64,000 bases of DNA from Narcine bancroftii (taxonomy: Eukaryota): the NCBI RefSeq assembly GCF_036971445.1, contig NC_091478.1, positions 32,302,001 through 32,366,000 of the forward strand, given 5' to 3'. A program made the position numbers and the translations under genes. Numbering within the stretch: position 1 is the stretch's first letter; the number at the start of each line of letters is the position of its first letter. Positions 13,898 to 25,699 of this stretch are shown piece by piece. The notes under the pieces are model-generated. The model searched no databases. It saw nothing but the letters and a program-made list of their open reading frames with translations, and was not told the origin of the DNA.

Positions 13898-14113
13898 TGT
13901 TGGGCACTACCAGTTGCCCCAATAACCACAAGGACAAAGACTGAGGGAAAAGATACGATTTATTGTACAGAAAACTTGAGCTGGCTCCGATCCAAACAAG
14001 GGGAGAGGTGGTCGGTCCTTTATGGCCTGGGTTCCAGGGGAGGAGTCCAGGTAAGTGTCATCAGGGGTTGGGCCAGCCCGAACCAATTAGCATATACAAT
14101 CCATAGCATGACA
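13898..14113 (-). mobile_element. Solo LTR (216 bp) in MYOF intron 1
   Basis: TG...CA termini; perfect 5-bp TSD CCCTT (13893-13897 / 14114-14118); minus-strand AATAAA at 13959-13964. Confidence 0.75.
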
Positions 14114-14966
14114 CCCTTGCTACTGAATTCCTGCTTGTTTCCACTGAAGTAGCGAGCTGAGAGAAAATCTCGATAGCTACGTGGGTGCGTGACCTGCCGA
14201 GTTTCTTCACCGCGTTGGTGTATTACAGTACAATCACAGCGTCTGCTCACTTTCCTTTAATACCAAATCATGGCCGGGGCTTGTTTCAGTTTAGGATCAA
14301 CTCAGCTCGAGAAATATTTGCGTCCTGGGACACTTCTGGTTACAATGGCACACAAAGAACACGAAACGTTTCCAATCAACGAGGAAGTTGGATTGTCTGT
14401 CTGTATCCCTTCGGCGAATATAAGAGTGAAACTATTAACTCATTGAAGGATAAACATTTATAGATATGAAAATTTAATAGACGATTTAACATAAAAGTTA
14501 AAACAGACCTTTCCAGACTATTTAGAACTGGAAAACGTCCATAAAATGAGTTTCTCAAGATTAACTTGATAAAACAAAGGGCCAATTGGTGGGACCGGAT
14601 GAGTGGATGCAGGAGTGGATAAAACAAAACAAGTAACCACGCCTTAAAAAGGCAACCAAATCTCAATTCACGAACCAGGGTGGGGATGTCATACGCGAGG
14701 AAAGAAAAGCGTTAACAACGGCAACAGGCTAGGAATTTTTTTTTTCTCTTGGTATATCGCAAATAAAAATTAACCCTCCACGCCCTTCAGAAGTTTGGGC
14801 GGAGTTCAGCTGTAACTTTGAGCAAACACCGAGTAAAACTATATCTCTTCAGAAACTAATTGATTAAAGTATCAACAGATTAATTCGAAAAGCATTTGGC
14901 TGTCATGCCCAGCTAATTTTGTGTTACTGTTGGCGCACAGTTTGCTTCTTTGTTAAAAACACTTAC

Positions 14967-15054
14967 CTTTAAAAGTGACCGATGCTATCGGGTCGGGAGT
15001 TCCAAAAGTTGAACTTGGTAGATTACTGGCTGACTCTACGATCAAGCGAAGCAT
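14967..15054 (-). CDS. MYOF: Myoferlin coding exon 1 (C2A domain start)
   Basis: Minus strand from ATG at 15054 reads MLRLIVESASNLPSSTFGTPDPIASVTFK-G|gtaagt (88 nt); matches the recalled human MYOF N-terminus MLRVIVESASNIPKTKFGKPDPIVSVIFK. Confidence 0.95.
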
Positions 15055-15152
15055 TTTGACCTTCCCAAGCAGCAAACACAGATGGTTTCAACGACGACGT
15101 TTAGCCTGACATCGTCGGTACATCTATCCGTTCTCCAGTGGTGTAAGGGAAA

Positions 15153-15404
15153 TGAGTCAGGAGCTCCGAATGAGAGCTCTAATAGGACATGTCTAGGTTG
15201 AGGCGGATTGGTTACCACACCTGGAAACCAATACCTCCACGACCTACCAAAGGACGAACACCGAAGGACAGGCAGCAGAACGCGAGTCGCATAAAAGCAT
15301 TGCCACGTCGTGCAACAGTAAAAAGAAACTTCTGAAAACAGAAATTTCATGGGCACGCCTCGGGAATGACTGGCTTAATTTGTTTAAGCGTCACAGCTGG
15401 AATG
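15153..15404 (-). promoter_or_regulatory. Putative MYOF proximal promoter with AP-1 and two TEAD/MCAT sites
   Basis: TGAGTCA at 15153-15159; GGAATG at 15363-15368 and 15399-15404; CCAAT-like boxes near 15207-15232; region is CpG-enriched relative to the window. Confidence 0.5.
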
Positions 15405-15559
15405 TTTTGATAACTCAATGTTCTGGCAATAAACTATGTCAGTTGCCGTCCATCAATAACTAAAGATGTGTTTTAATGGTAAGGAAAATAGGGTAATGAT
15501 CAATGTAAGTCAGAGAGCCACTGGATTAACATTCTGGAGTTAGAATAGCGTGGAATACA

Positions 15560-16660
15560 CAGAGATGCAACAAGGACAGGATTCCCCTTCTCACCAGCCT
15601 CCACATCCAATACATCATCCTATGCCACTCCCACCTACAAGGTGATCCAATCATCAGACATATCTTCCTCTCCACCTTAACCTAGGCACCACTCGATCTG
15701 TGACTCCTTCATCCACTCATCCGGTCCCACCAATTACCCCTGTGACCGCAGGAAATGCTTCACTTGCACCCACACCTCCTCCATCAATCCAGCCCTCAAA
15801 CAGTCCTTCCAAGTGAAGGAACACTTCCCTTGTGAATCTGCAGAGGTAATCTGTAAAAACACAAGATGCTGGAGAAGCTCAGCAGGTCAGTGTCTTTTAT
15901 GTAGCAAAGGTAGATACATAGCCATCGTTTCGGGCTTGAACACTTCATTGATGCAAGAGGTGTGGGTGCAAGTGAAGCATTTCCCTGCTACGTACCAAGG
16001 GGCCAATTCGTGAGATGGGATGTGTGCTTGCCCTCGCTTTTAAGCTGTAATGGCCTGTACTCCATGCCATAGATGGCGTGTATCTGTCTCTAGCTTCTTC
16101 TGGAATTGCCATTTTGCTTCAGAGATGCCCTTCTGCAGGTCGTACCTGGATTTCTTGTAAAGATCCTGATCCCCGGCCTTAAACACCCTTGTTTTCACCC
16201 TGAACTGTTTGCAAATTCTCTGATTTATTCAGGGCTTCTGGTTGGGGAACACCCGATATGTGTGCTTGGGTACACAGTGTAAATTGGGCCTATTCCATCT
16301 GGGGACCCTCCAACCAGCTGGTATTAACATCAATTTCTCTAGTTCCCCCCATCTCTCTTTCCCTACCCCTACCTCCTTTCCTCCAGATTGCTACCCCATC
16401 TCTCTCCCTATCCCTCTGTTCCTTACCTTCAGCTCTGCATTCAGAGCTGTCCCCCTCCCCTAATCAATTCTTGGCTTTTCTCTCCTGCTCTCCTATGGCC
16501 TTTTAGATGTTCGACTGTGCTCCTCTCCCACCTTTTTATTTAGGCTTTCTTTTTGCTCACACCTTGATGAATGCCTCAGGCCTGAAATGTTGGCCATATG
16601 TCTTTGCCTGCTATGGATGCTGTGGGACCTGCTTAGTTTCTCCAGCACTTTTGTGTAGAT
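15560..16660. mobile_element. Penelope-like element fragments with an interleaved Rex1-like piece
   Basis: PLE-like sequence CCCTGTGACCGCAGGAAATGCTTCAC...TTCCAAGTGAAGGAACACTTC and terminal repeat TTGATGAA...CCTGAAATGTT...TTCTCCAGCAC in both orientations. Confidence 0.55.
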
Positions 16661-18878
16661 GTACCTTGACATGTTTTGTCTGTTGAGCTTGATATGAACA
16701 AATGGGCAACTGATAAAGTGCAAAGCCAAAAGATAAGCTCAGGGTCAGTAGTAGAGATAATAGATGAAGAAGTTGGAAAAACCAGTACATATCCAGAAAA
16801 GAACTATTTTATAGCCTCATATTTTGCTGTAGAGAAAACAAATGTCTGAAGACTGTGAATGTATAAAAAGACTTGACACTGTATCAGCAGGAGACAACTT
16901 CAGACACTAACCATTTACAAGGAAAAGATCATCTACCCCCCCCCCCCCTCCCATCTTGGATGAGGAGTTGGGAAGACCCCTCATTGTGAACCTAGCCAGT
17001 TTGCAAATGTGTGGGTAATATCCCAGCCTAGAAGGTAAATTTTATGGTACTGTGTGTGTTAAGTAATCAGTATATGCTAATAGTTTACAAAAATGCTTCT
17101 ATTGCATGTGCTTATTTGCCTGAAAGTTTTAATCAGCTAATGCGGGCAATGCCTCTATATTACTTTCAAAATTGCCTGGAAAATATAGGGTTCAAAAGGA
17201 GATGGATCTCATCCTCATTGCACCCATCTGGTGGGCAGCCAATAACGGACTAAGACTCTGGCTGTGCGTGAAGATTCTGACAAGGAAGGCACCTTTGTGC
17301 TTGAGTCCTGAAAATGAAATATTCTGTTAAATGACTTTTACAGTCTGCTCGCTTTGTTTCAGCCATGGATTTGTGAAAGAAAACTCTTATAAATGAAGCT
17401 TTGTCCCGTGATGCAATAGCACAGGGGTTATCAGGATGGATTAATTTCATGCAATGGTTACAAAAATACATTAAAAGAGGATTGAGGAAGTTCAACATGT
17501 CCCCATTGTCCCTCAACAACTTCCAAAGGTACACTATCAAAAGTATACTTGCTTGATGCATCATCACCTGTGTGGTTTAGGAGCTACTCTGCTCAAGATT
17601 TGAAAATGCTGCAGAATACAATGAACGTAGTTCGGTAAATAGCACAAACATCCCTCCCCTCTGTGGACTCTATCTACAATCTGCTGCTAATGGGAAAGGC
17701 AGTCAAACATCTAAGCGACCTCCCATAGGGAGAAGGCTTAAGAGTATGAAAACACATGCCAACAGGTTGAAAAAGGTTCTTGCCCTGAATGAACCTCATT
17801 AACAGTGCTCTAATGCTGCCCTAGCTTGGTGCTAATTAATATTAATTTTCATTGTATCCATCCATGGCCCATCCCTTCGCAAGTGAAGATGAACATGGTG
17901 CCTTGTAGCTTTTCAGCTTTAGCCACCGTGTGCCAGGGCAAGAACTTGGAGGCGAGTGCTTGCCCAGGACAATGCCTCCCTCTGGGTCCCACGCCACTGA
18001 GCCTGGCGGAGTGCAAGGCATGACAGCCAGTGACACAGGATTTCCCCGCAGTGATCTGTTTCAAGACCATGCTCACTGGCTGTTGTCCTCACGGATCCTT
18101 TGCCCGCTGAGTTTGCTGCTGCAAATCGCTGTGGAAACTGTTTCCTACACTCTATTACAGCTGCCAGCCCCTGCTGCCAGACTAACATGTGCTATTTGCC
18201 CATAGCTGGGGCCCTTTCCAGGTACTGACGGCTGGGCGAGCCAAGCTCGGGGATCTGAAATCAGAATTGCCTTCTCCTAGCGTTTGCCTAAAGAGGCAAA
18301 ACCTGCAAGGCAGCAGGTGGTTTGAATTCAGTTTACCATCTCTTCGCCTTTGCCGAAAGAGGCTTTGCCGACAAGCCAATATACTCTGTATATTGTATGA
18401 ATGTTAGAGAAAACCTGTTAAGAGAACATGCAGTTTGCAAAATAACTATAGTTTTTTTGTTAAAATGTGGACTTTATATCTGGAATGTATGGGTTTAGAT
18501 GTTAAGTAAAATTTTTATTTGTGTTTATAGATGTAAATAGTTGACAAATCACACAGCAGCCTGTTACGATTTTATGTATTTAAAAAAAAAAGCTCCAAGG
18601 GGTTGTAAGGGGTGGGGTAGTTTGTAGTATTTTTAGGTTTTATTTTGTATTTTATACACTTGTATTTTGTAAAATTTTAAATAAATACATTTTTCAAAAA
18701 AAAAGATAACTTGTCAGTCTGTTCACAGAATGACTCTTCTCATCCTATGAAGTTTTTTTGAGACAAGTAAACATCTCAGCAGTGCCTGGGTTTTTTTTGA
18801 TGGGGAATCCATCCTCAGTGTTGAATACAAAAGGAGATAATGGACCAACACTGAACTCAAATATGTCAAGCAAGGCAA

Positions 18879-19147
18879 CCCCTCTCCTCCCCCCTCTCTC
18901 CCCCCCCCTCCCCCCCCCTCCCCCTCTCCCCCCCCTCCCCCTCCCCCCTCTCCCTCTCCCCCTCCCCCCTCTCCCCCTCCCCCTCCCCCCCTCTCCCCCT
19001 CCCTCCTCCCCTCTCCCCNNNNNNNNNNNNNNNNNNNNNNNNNNNNNNNNNNNNNNNNNNNNNNNNNNNNNNNNNNNNNNNNNNNNNNNNNNNNNNNNNN
19101 NNNNNNNNNNNNNNNNNNNNNNNNNNNNNNNNNNNNNNNNNNNNNNN
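18879..19147. other. C-rich low-complexity tract (G-quadruplex-prone on the minus strand) ending in a 129-N assembly gap
   Basis: Near-pure C/T tract 18879-19018, Ns at 19019-19147. Confidence 0.9.
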
Positions 19148-19387
19148 CTCCCAGTGATGCCACTTCATGGCTGGAATCCTGAAGCAGCCCTCAGACTTGC
19201 TGGAGAACCTCAGCAGGCCAGGCCGCATCCACGCGATTGCAAAAACCGCAAAGGCAAACACGCCGGATATCCGGCGACCTCCGACCGTGCCCTCCTTCGG
19301 AATGGCCCCCAGTGGTCAATCTGCGTTTCGAACGAGGAGCCTTACTCACTGATTTACCTCTTCATCCGTCCCGCCTCGAAGCGCTCA

Positions 19388-19452
19388 TGCGCATGCGCCC
19401 GCCCACCCATGTCCCAGGATGCACCGGGGTCGGAAGCCGCGGGGAATTTGAA
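19388..19452 (+). promoter_or_regulatory. CEP55 core promoter: NRF1 site, ETS site and CDE/CHR cell-cycle element in a CpG island
   Basis: TGCGCATGCGC 19388-19398 (NRF1); CGGAAG 19431-19436 (ETS); CGCGG 19438-19442 + 4-nt spacer + TTTGAA 19447-19452 (canonical CDE/CHR spacing); CpG island ~19200-19920. Confidence 0.8.
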
Positions 19453-19530
19453 TTGGGACAGTGACCCTCGGGGCGGCGAGCGGTTAGCGGGCTCGGAGTC
19501 TCCCCCCCTCGCCCCCACCTTGTCCGGGCA

Positions 19531-19701
19531 ATGACCTCCAAGAACATAACGAGTAGCCGATTCGGCCTGGGGAAAGCCGGCCTGTCCAAAGCGGAGAGCG
19601 ACGCGGAGAAGCTCCGGAAGGAGAACGGGTGGCTGAAGAGGTCGCTGGAGGAGCTGAGCAAAGGCCGGTCGTGGGAGAGGGAGAGGAACAGGCTGCTCGA
19701 G
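19531..19701 (+). CDS. CEP55: Centrosomal protein of 55 kDa, coding exon 1
   Basis: MTSKNITSSRFG...ERERNRLLE|gtgggt, 171 nt; human exon ends KERHRLLE. Confidence 0.9.
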
Positions 19702-20083
19702 GTGGGTTGGCAGCCGCTCCGGCTCCACAGCCGGGTCCGTCCTATCGCCCGGCAGCCTGCAGGCTGGCGTCCTTCAACCTGGCTTGCCGCCATCGGGGCA
19801 GCTGGAATTAAAGCTGGAAGCGCTCAGTGCGACAGGCAGGGTAGAAAGGGAGACGCCGTGAGAGATCGTCCCAAGGAGAGGGGTGGGTGGACTAAAGTTT
19901 TCTCGCCTGCTCTCCGCTAAATCCCCACTTTGGAGAACTTTTTTTTTAGTTCCCTCTGTAATGTCGGAAACAAGATTGTGGAAGTTGTTAGCCTGAAACA
20001 ACGCAGCAACTCTGGGGAAACGATTAATGGCTCAGGTCGATTGCTTTAATTGATGAAGATCCGTGATAGGAGAATTAAGAGGC

Positions 20084-20613
20084 TGTACTGACAATAACTA
20101 TACCAGCAGTGCGAGTATAAGATCGCTTTAATAAACTAATGTGTACATTAAGAGGTCTTGTCTCTTTCCAAGTGTACATATTAGTTTATTAAATTGTACT
20201 GACAATAACCACACCAGCAGTGCGAGTATAAGACAGCTTTAATCAACGAATATGTACACTAAGAGGTCTTGTCTCTCTGCAAGACCTCTTAGTGTACATA
20301 TTAGTTTATTAAATTGTACTGACAACAACCACACCAGCAGTGCGAGTATAAGACTGCTTTAATAAACTAATGTGTACATTAAGAGGTCTTGTCTCTTTCC
20401 AAGTGTACATATTAGTTTATTAAATTGTACTGACAATAACCACACCAGCAGTGCGAGTATAAGACAGCTTTAATAAACGAATATGTACACTAAGAGGTCT
20501 TGTCTCTCTGCAAGATAAAGCTGGAAGGCTACACTGTAGCTCTGAACTGCTTGATATACAAGGTCACCGGGATGACCCCTGATGACCTAGTGGTATAATT
20601 ACATATCACCACA
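20084..20613 (-). repeat. Solo LTR (20426-20613) whose end is amplified as 111/120/111-bp tandem fold-back units
   Basis: Units start TGTACTGAC at 20084, 20195, 20315, 20426; the array ends ACCACA at 20613; flanks GAGGC/GAGGT (5-bp TSD, one mismatch). Confidence 0.75.
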
Positions 20614-21759
20614 GAGGTAATATGGCCAAAAAAAAACCTCATTTTAAGTCGTAAAAGTCAGAAGGCAGACATGTTTGAGTCTTTCAGCAGCAAATTGGCT
20701 GAAACAAAAATGGACTTGCATGGAGTAAATGAGTAAATGATGATGGAGTAGTGTGGGTTTTGGAAACCGCCTCATTAGACAAGATGCAAGTTGTGAGAAC
20801 ACGAAAGTGCAGAAGTTGGGGAAAGAGAGCACACGAGTGTTCACACTTTTTAAAAAAAAACTATTCAAGCTGTCCATTTAAAAGACTTCACAGAGATCTG
20901 AAAATTCAACATTTTAGTGGGGACTACAGATTATACTTTCGTCCTTTCTTCTGTACTGTACATGCTCAATTGCTCAATCAATATTCAGCCAGTTATTTTA
21001 TCTTGCGGATATGGACATCATTGGCAGGTCCAATGTTAATTGTTCATCCATAATTTTCCTTAAAAAGGCTGATGTGTACCAAAAGCTGTTGTTTAAGGAT
21101 TTCAAGAAACAGAACTAGTGAAGAAGGATACATGTTGTCAAGTCAGACGGTTATATAACTTGCAGAGGAACTTAAGTAGTTGTGTTTCTGATACCTTTTG
21201 GATTTGGAAAGTCTTTCAGGGTAGCCTAGTTAAGTAGTTACAGTGCATTGTCTCAAACAGTCATCCTCAACCTTTTTCAAGATGCATACCAATACAGGTC
21301 TCACTCACTACTGAAATGAAAAAGTCAAGGGGTATGGGTGGAGACATGATTGTTGAGATAATTTGGAATCCTTGTCTCCAATGAGATAATTTGGAATGGA
21401 CGAAATTAACAATGGTCAGAAAAAATATAATTGTAATGTTAACCAAGAATGATAACCGTTAAAATAAGAGAAACATCGGAAGAGCAAAAAACACGTTATG
21501 AAAATAAAAAAGAACAGTGATTTTACTTGTTACGACAATTGTGCTGGTACTGACAGTGTTGCCAAGCCACATCTTTCACACCAATATGACGAGTGTATTT
21601 TTTCAAACCAACTTTTTAATTATTTCCCCAAATATTCCTACTCCCCACTAAAATATTCTTAAGCCCCACACTCCACCAGAATATTCTCATGCCCCACCTT
21701 GAGAATCCATGGAATAGATGGATCAAGATGGTTATAATTTTTACATTTAAATTTTAATG

Positions 21760-21930
21760 ATTTAATGTTTGAAGAAACCCATGCCATGTAATTACACCCA
21801 ATTAACCTATCAGCCCCATATGTTTTGGAAAGTGCAAGAAAATCGGAGCACCTGGAGAAATCCACACATACCACACAAACTTCTTACAGATAGCACTGGA
21901 TTAGAGTCCAGTTCCCTGGCATAGCACTAA
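21760..21930 (-). mobile_element. V-SINE/HE1-like SINE fragment
   Basis: GAAAATCGGAGCACCTGGAGAAATCCAC is the reverse complement of the V-domain core. Confidence 0.6.
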
Positions 21931-23506
21931 TTTGAGGACCATACTTCTGAAGATGTTGTTTCTTTGAGATGTTAAACTGAGTTCCTGTCTTTCATCCTCA
22001 GAGGTGACAGCAGAGTACACAAAAGAGCAGTACTGTATCTCGTAACCTGTTGAGTTTCTCCAGCACTTTTGTATAATTCACTAGATCCCAGCATCTAAGA
22101 TTTTTTGTTCACCTGGAGATGACTGCTGAGTTTTTTTCTGTTGTGGTCAAGGGATTTCTTGTGAATGGTATTGGTAGTCCTTCGAATAGAAGAAGAGACA
22201 AACTGAGATGAATTGCACAACAGAAACCTGTGCATGAGCAGCCGTTGCACAGGGCCAATCCCATTCTCTCGGCAGAAGAGACCTTGATCCAGTGACTCAA
22301 ACAACCGTTAGGACTGGTGACCTCTCTTGGTGCAGTGGATGACCAGGATGTCTAAGTATCTTGCCATTCTTTTAGCACTCTGCTAGGCCTACCTTCTTGA
22401 CAATTGGACCATTAATCGGTCTTCAGCTCAATACGCCAGGGCCAGACTTCATACGCTGGGCTAGACACATCCCCTACCTCAATGAGGATTTAAGGCCTGT
22501 TGGGTATCCTTACCTGGTTTAGCCATCTGCCAAGACAGTTTACCAAGGTGTGGCTGCTGTGCGTGCGACAACTACTTGGAGCCACAGGTGAGAGCTGAGT
22601 GCCAGGTGGATGAGCTGCCCGAAAAGGGCATGGCAGGCTCTCCTGCGCAAGAGGACTACCCCTCCTGAGACACCCCAATGTGAATGGTAGCGTTGTGTAA
22701 AATGTGTTCATTTTGTGAATCAATAAGTTGGGCCAACTTGATATCTTTAAGTTCAAAGGAGAATACAGACAACCCCACATTGTGGGGGTGGGGGGGTGGA
22801 ATCTATGTGTTTGTAGTAGAGTTCGAATCACTATTTTAATTTCATAAACCTGCATCATCTGTGTGTGCCTCCAAAAGCCAGTTAAAGAAAATGTAATGAC
22901 TTTTTTGTGAACACAAGTTTGGTGAGCATGTTTCATTGTCTATTGCAGATTTTTTTGGGTGTGATTTGTGAATCTGGTATCAGCAAATTTCTGTAATCCA
23001 AACAACAGTAATGCAGTTACAGTAATAATTGGTTTGCAATGGTGAAACATTTGTGATTTTTGAAATTTAATTTATTATAGACGAATGCATGAACCTTTGT
23101 CATTTGTCCAGTGTAGAGTTCATGCTTGCCTTCACCATTGCTTTTAAGCAGGCAATAGTTTTCATAATTTATGTGGGTGTTTTATTGAAATATGCCTGGG
23201 TATTTAAAAAATCTAAAATATTACATTGTTTTTGTACTTTTTTTGTTTGCTTCAGCTGTTCAGTGCTTCACAGAACACCGGAGAGCATTCTTAAAATTTA
23301 TTTGTTGGCTCAGTCTCAAGAGAAAAACTTCCTTGGACTAAAACAACTTGAGCTGTTTTTGATTTTTGTGCATATCTTTGTTCCATTTCCACACCCCCAT
23401 CCTCAGTTTCAAAAAAAAAACTGAACCGTGCACCCCCCATTATCATTGGATTGGCCACAAATTTGTATGAGTGCTTGGAAAGCCATTTGCAGTAATCTAA
23501 AAGTGT

Positions 23507-23730
23507 GGCATGGTTAGTGTAGTAGGTAGCTTAATGTTATTCCAGTGCCAGCGACCTGGGTTCAAATCTGGTGCTGTCTGTGAAGGGTTTTTATGCTCTC
23601 CCCTTGTTTGCATGGGTTTCCTCCGGGTACTCCAATTTCCTCCCACCCTTCAAAAACGTACAGGAATAGTAGGTGTATTTGGGGGGCATGGGGTTGTGGA
23701 CCAGTAAAGCCGGTTACCATGCTGAAAGTC
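23507..23730 (+). mobile_element. tRNA-derived V-SINE/HE1-like SINE
   Basis: A/B-box-like head GGTTAGTGTAG...GGGTTCAAATC and V-domain GGGTTTCCTCCGGGTACTCCAATTTCCTCCCAC. Confidence 0.75.
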
Positions 23731-24061
23731 TAAAAGATAAATTCTGAAAAATTGCCCATTATTTTCAATTGGGGGAGGAAATAGTGCTTTCCCACCCACC
23801 TCAAGCAGACTTTTTTGTTCCAAACATTTAAAGCTGAAAGGTTGAATAAAAAATATCCTAAAGATCTTCCAATTATATTAGCTTTCACTTTCAGTCCCAA
23901 TAATTTTGCTGTTTTCTTGCTTCAAAGCTATACTGGCTTCTCTCCTTGGAGAAAAGTTTCAATAAACAATCCATTTTGATAAAACTTGGTGAAATGTATT
24001 GGATATTTCTAAACATGAAATTTCCAAGGCTGTGTTAACCCAGTATTTTCTTTGTATCCAG

Positions 24062-24340
24062 AAAATTCTTGCCCTTGAAACTACAAAACAGAAGCAGATC
24101 CATGAACTTGAACAGAAAGATAAGCAGATTCTGTCAATAAAAGATCAACTATCAACATCTGATGTCGATGATGTGACCTCCCTACGGAACCAGCTTGCAG
24201 AAAAAAGTAAAGATGCCAAAAGAAGGGAGCAACTCTACAAGTCCTTGAGCGAGGAAACTGAAAAACTGAAAAACGAATTGTCTGCAATCACTCTAAAATG
24301 TAAAGAACTAGAAAACAGTGTCCCAACACTTCAAACCTCG
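24062..24340 (+). CDS. CEP55: CEP55 coding exon 2 (coiled coil)
   Basis: tatccag|KILALETTKQKQIHELEQKDKQI...ELENSVPTLQTS|gtaaaa, 279 nt. Confidence 0.93.
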
Positions 24341-25699
24341 GTAAAATAGTTTATCAACTTAATATTTTACTTAAATTTGTGGATGTATCTAAAATTTAAC
24401 TCTACATTTCTGCCAGTAACATTTCTTGGGTGTAGAATGATAAACTGTCCTCATTGTATGCAGAATAGTGTCCTATACAAAAATGCTGGAGAAACTCTCA
24501 TGCTGTGTTGTTTATGTACTAAATATAAAAATACATAACCAATGTTTTGGGCCTGAGCCCTTCATTAAGATCCCTGAATAAAATGGTGGTGGGGGGGCGG
24601 GAGGGAGAAGAGGGCATAGAGTGGAGTGTAGGGCCACAGGCAAGAAGTCATGAGTGGATTGGGGTGGGGGGGGGCTCAAGAGAAAAAAGTTGGTGATAGG
24701 GGAATGGAAGAAGTGGGGGGGGGGATCAAGTTGGGGAAGAGGCTAGAGGGGAGTTGCAGGGAGATGAGGGTCAGCGATGGGAAGAAAGGGGAGCTTGGTG
24801 GGGAACTGGGGAGGAGATGAGAGGGTCTGAGGGCTTGGAGAGACAAGAAAGAGGGATCAAAAGAGTAAATGGATGGTGAGTAGGGAGAGGTATGAGGGGT
24901 TTTCTATCTGGCTTTCCTTGGATTCACTCTCATGAAGGCACATCATCTTCTGACACTGGCAGTAATGGATCATCTGAAGATATGGGTGGAACTGTATTTC
25001 TTCCTTGTTCTCATGGTCAATTCAGGCATAAAGTTCATAGAGGAGTGAAGCTTTGTTATCTCTGATTGCACCAGATTTGGTTTTGTAGCAGGTATATCTC
25101 CAGGTACCGGAATGTTTTCCTTTTTTTTAAACCAATTATGCTAACACACATGATTAAAGTCTGCCTTGATGTTGAGGGCTGTCATTTATCTTTGGACATG
25201 AGGACCAAGGCTTTGATGAGTTCTGCTGCTGAGGGCTTGTTCCTATCCTAGCTGGGTTCTGTGGGTAGGATATTATGAGTCACTTATTAGCGCTGTTTAT
25301 GATTCAGAGGAGACTGTGTAGGCAGTAATTAACAGGATTAGATTTGTCCTGAGTGTAAAGAAAGCAGATAAACAGCATTATACATGGGTGGGGTGGGGGA
25401 AAATAGATGTCAGAGTTGTAACTTCCTGGAACAGCTTGGCTGGAGATGCTGCTGAGTTATTTTATGCTTCTTATCTACTTCCTTAGGGACCTTCCTCCTG
25501 CCATTCACACCTCCCCCTTACCATTTCATTCAAGCACCTGCCCACATTTTGTTCATACCTTGATGAAGGGCTCGAGTCCAAAATGTTGGTTATATATCTT
25601 TATCTTTGCTATATAAAGCACATTTTGACCTGCTGAGTTTCTCCAGCATTGTTTTTACTTGAAAGAGGTCACGGTAATTAGTGATTGTGGAGTCATTGT

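Noticed and set aside
18723-19534. Pro-rich and Gly-rich ORFs of 131-258 aa
   Set aside because: Artefacts of the C-tract, the N gap and the CpG island
20084-20513. CRISPR-like appearance of palindromic periodic repeats
   Set aside because: No unique spacers (units are near-identical throughout), no cas genes, vertebrate intron; explained by LTR-end duplication
23507-23580. tRNA gene
   Set aside because: tRNA-derived SINE head followed by a V-domain; no intact cloverleaf
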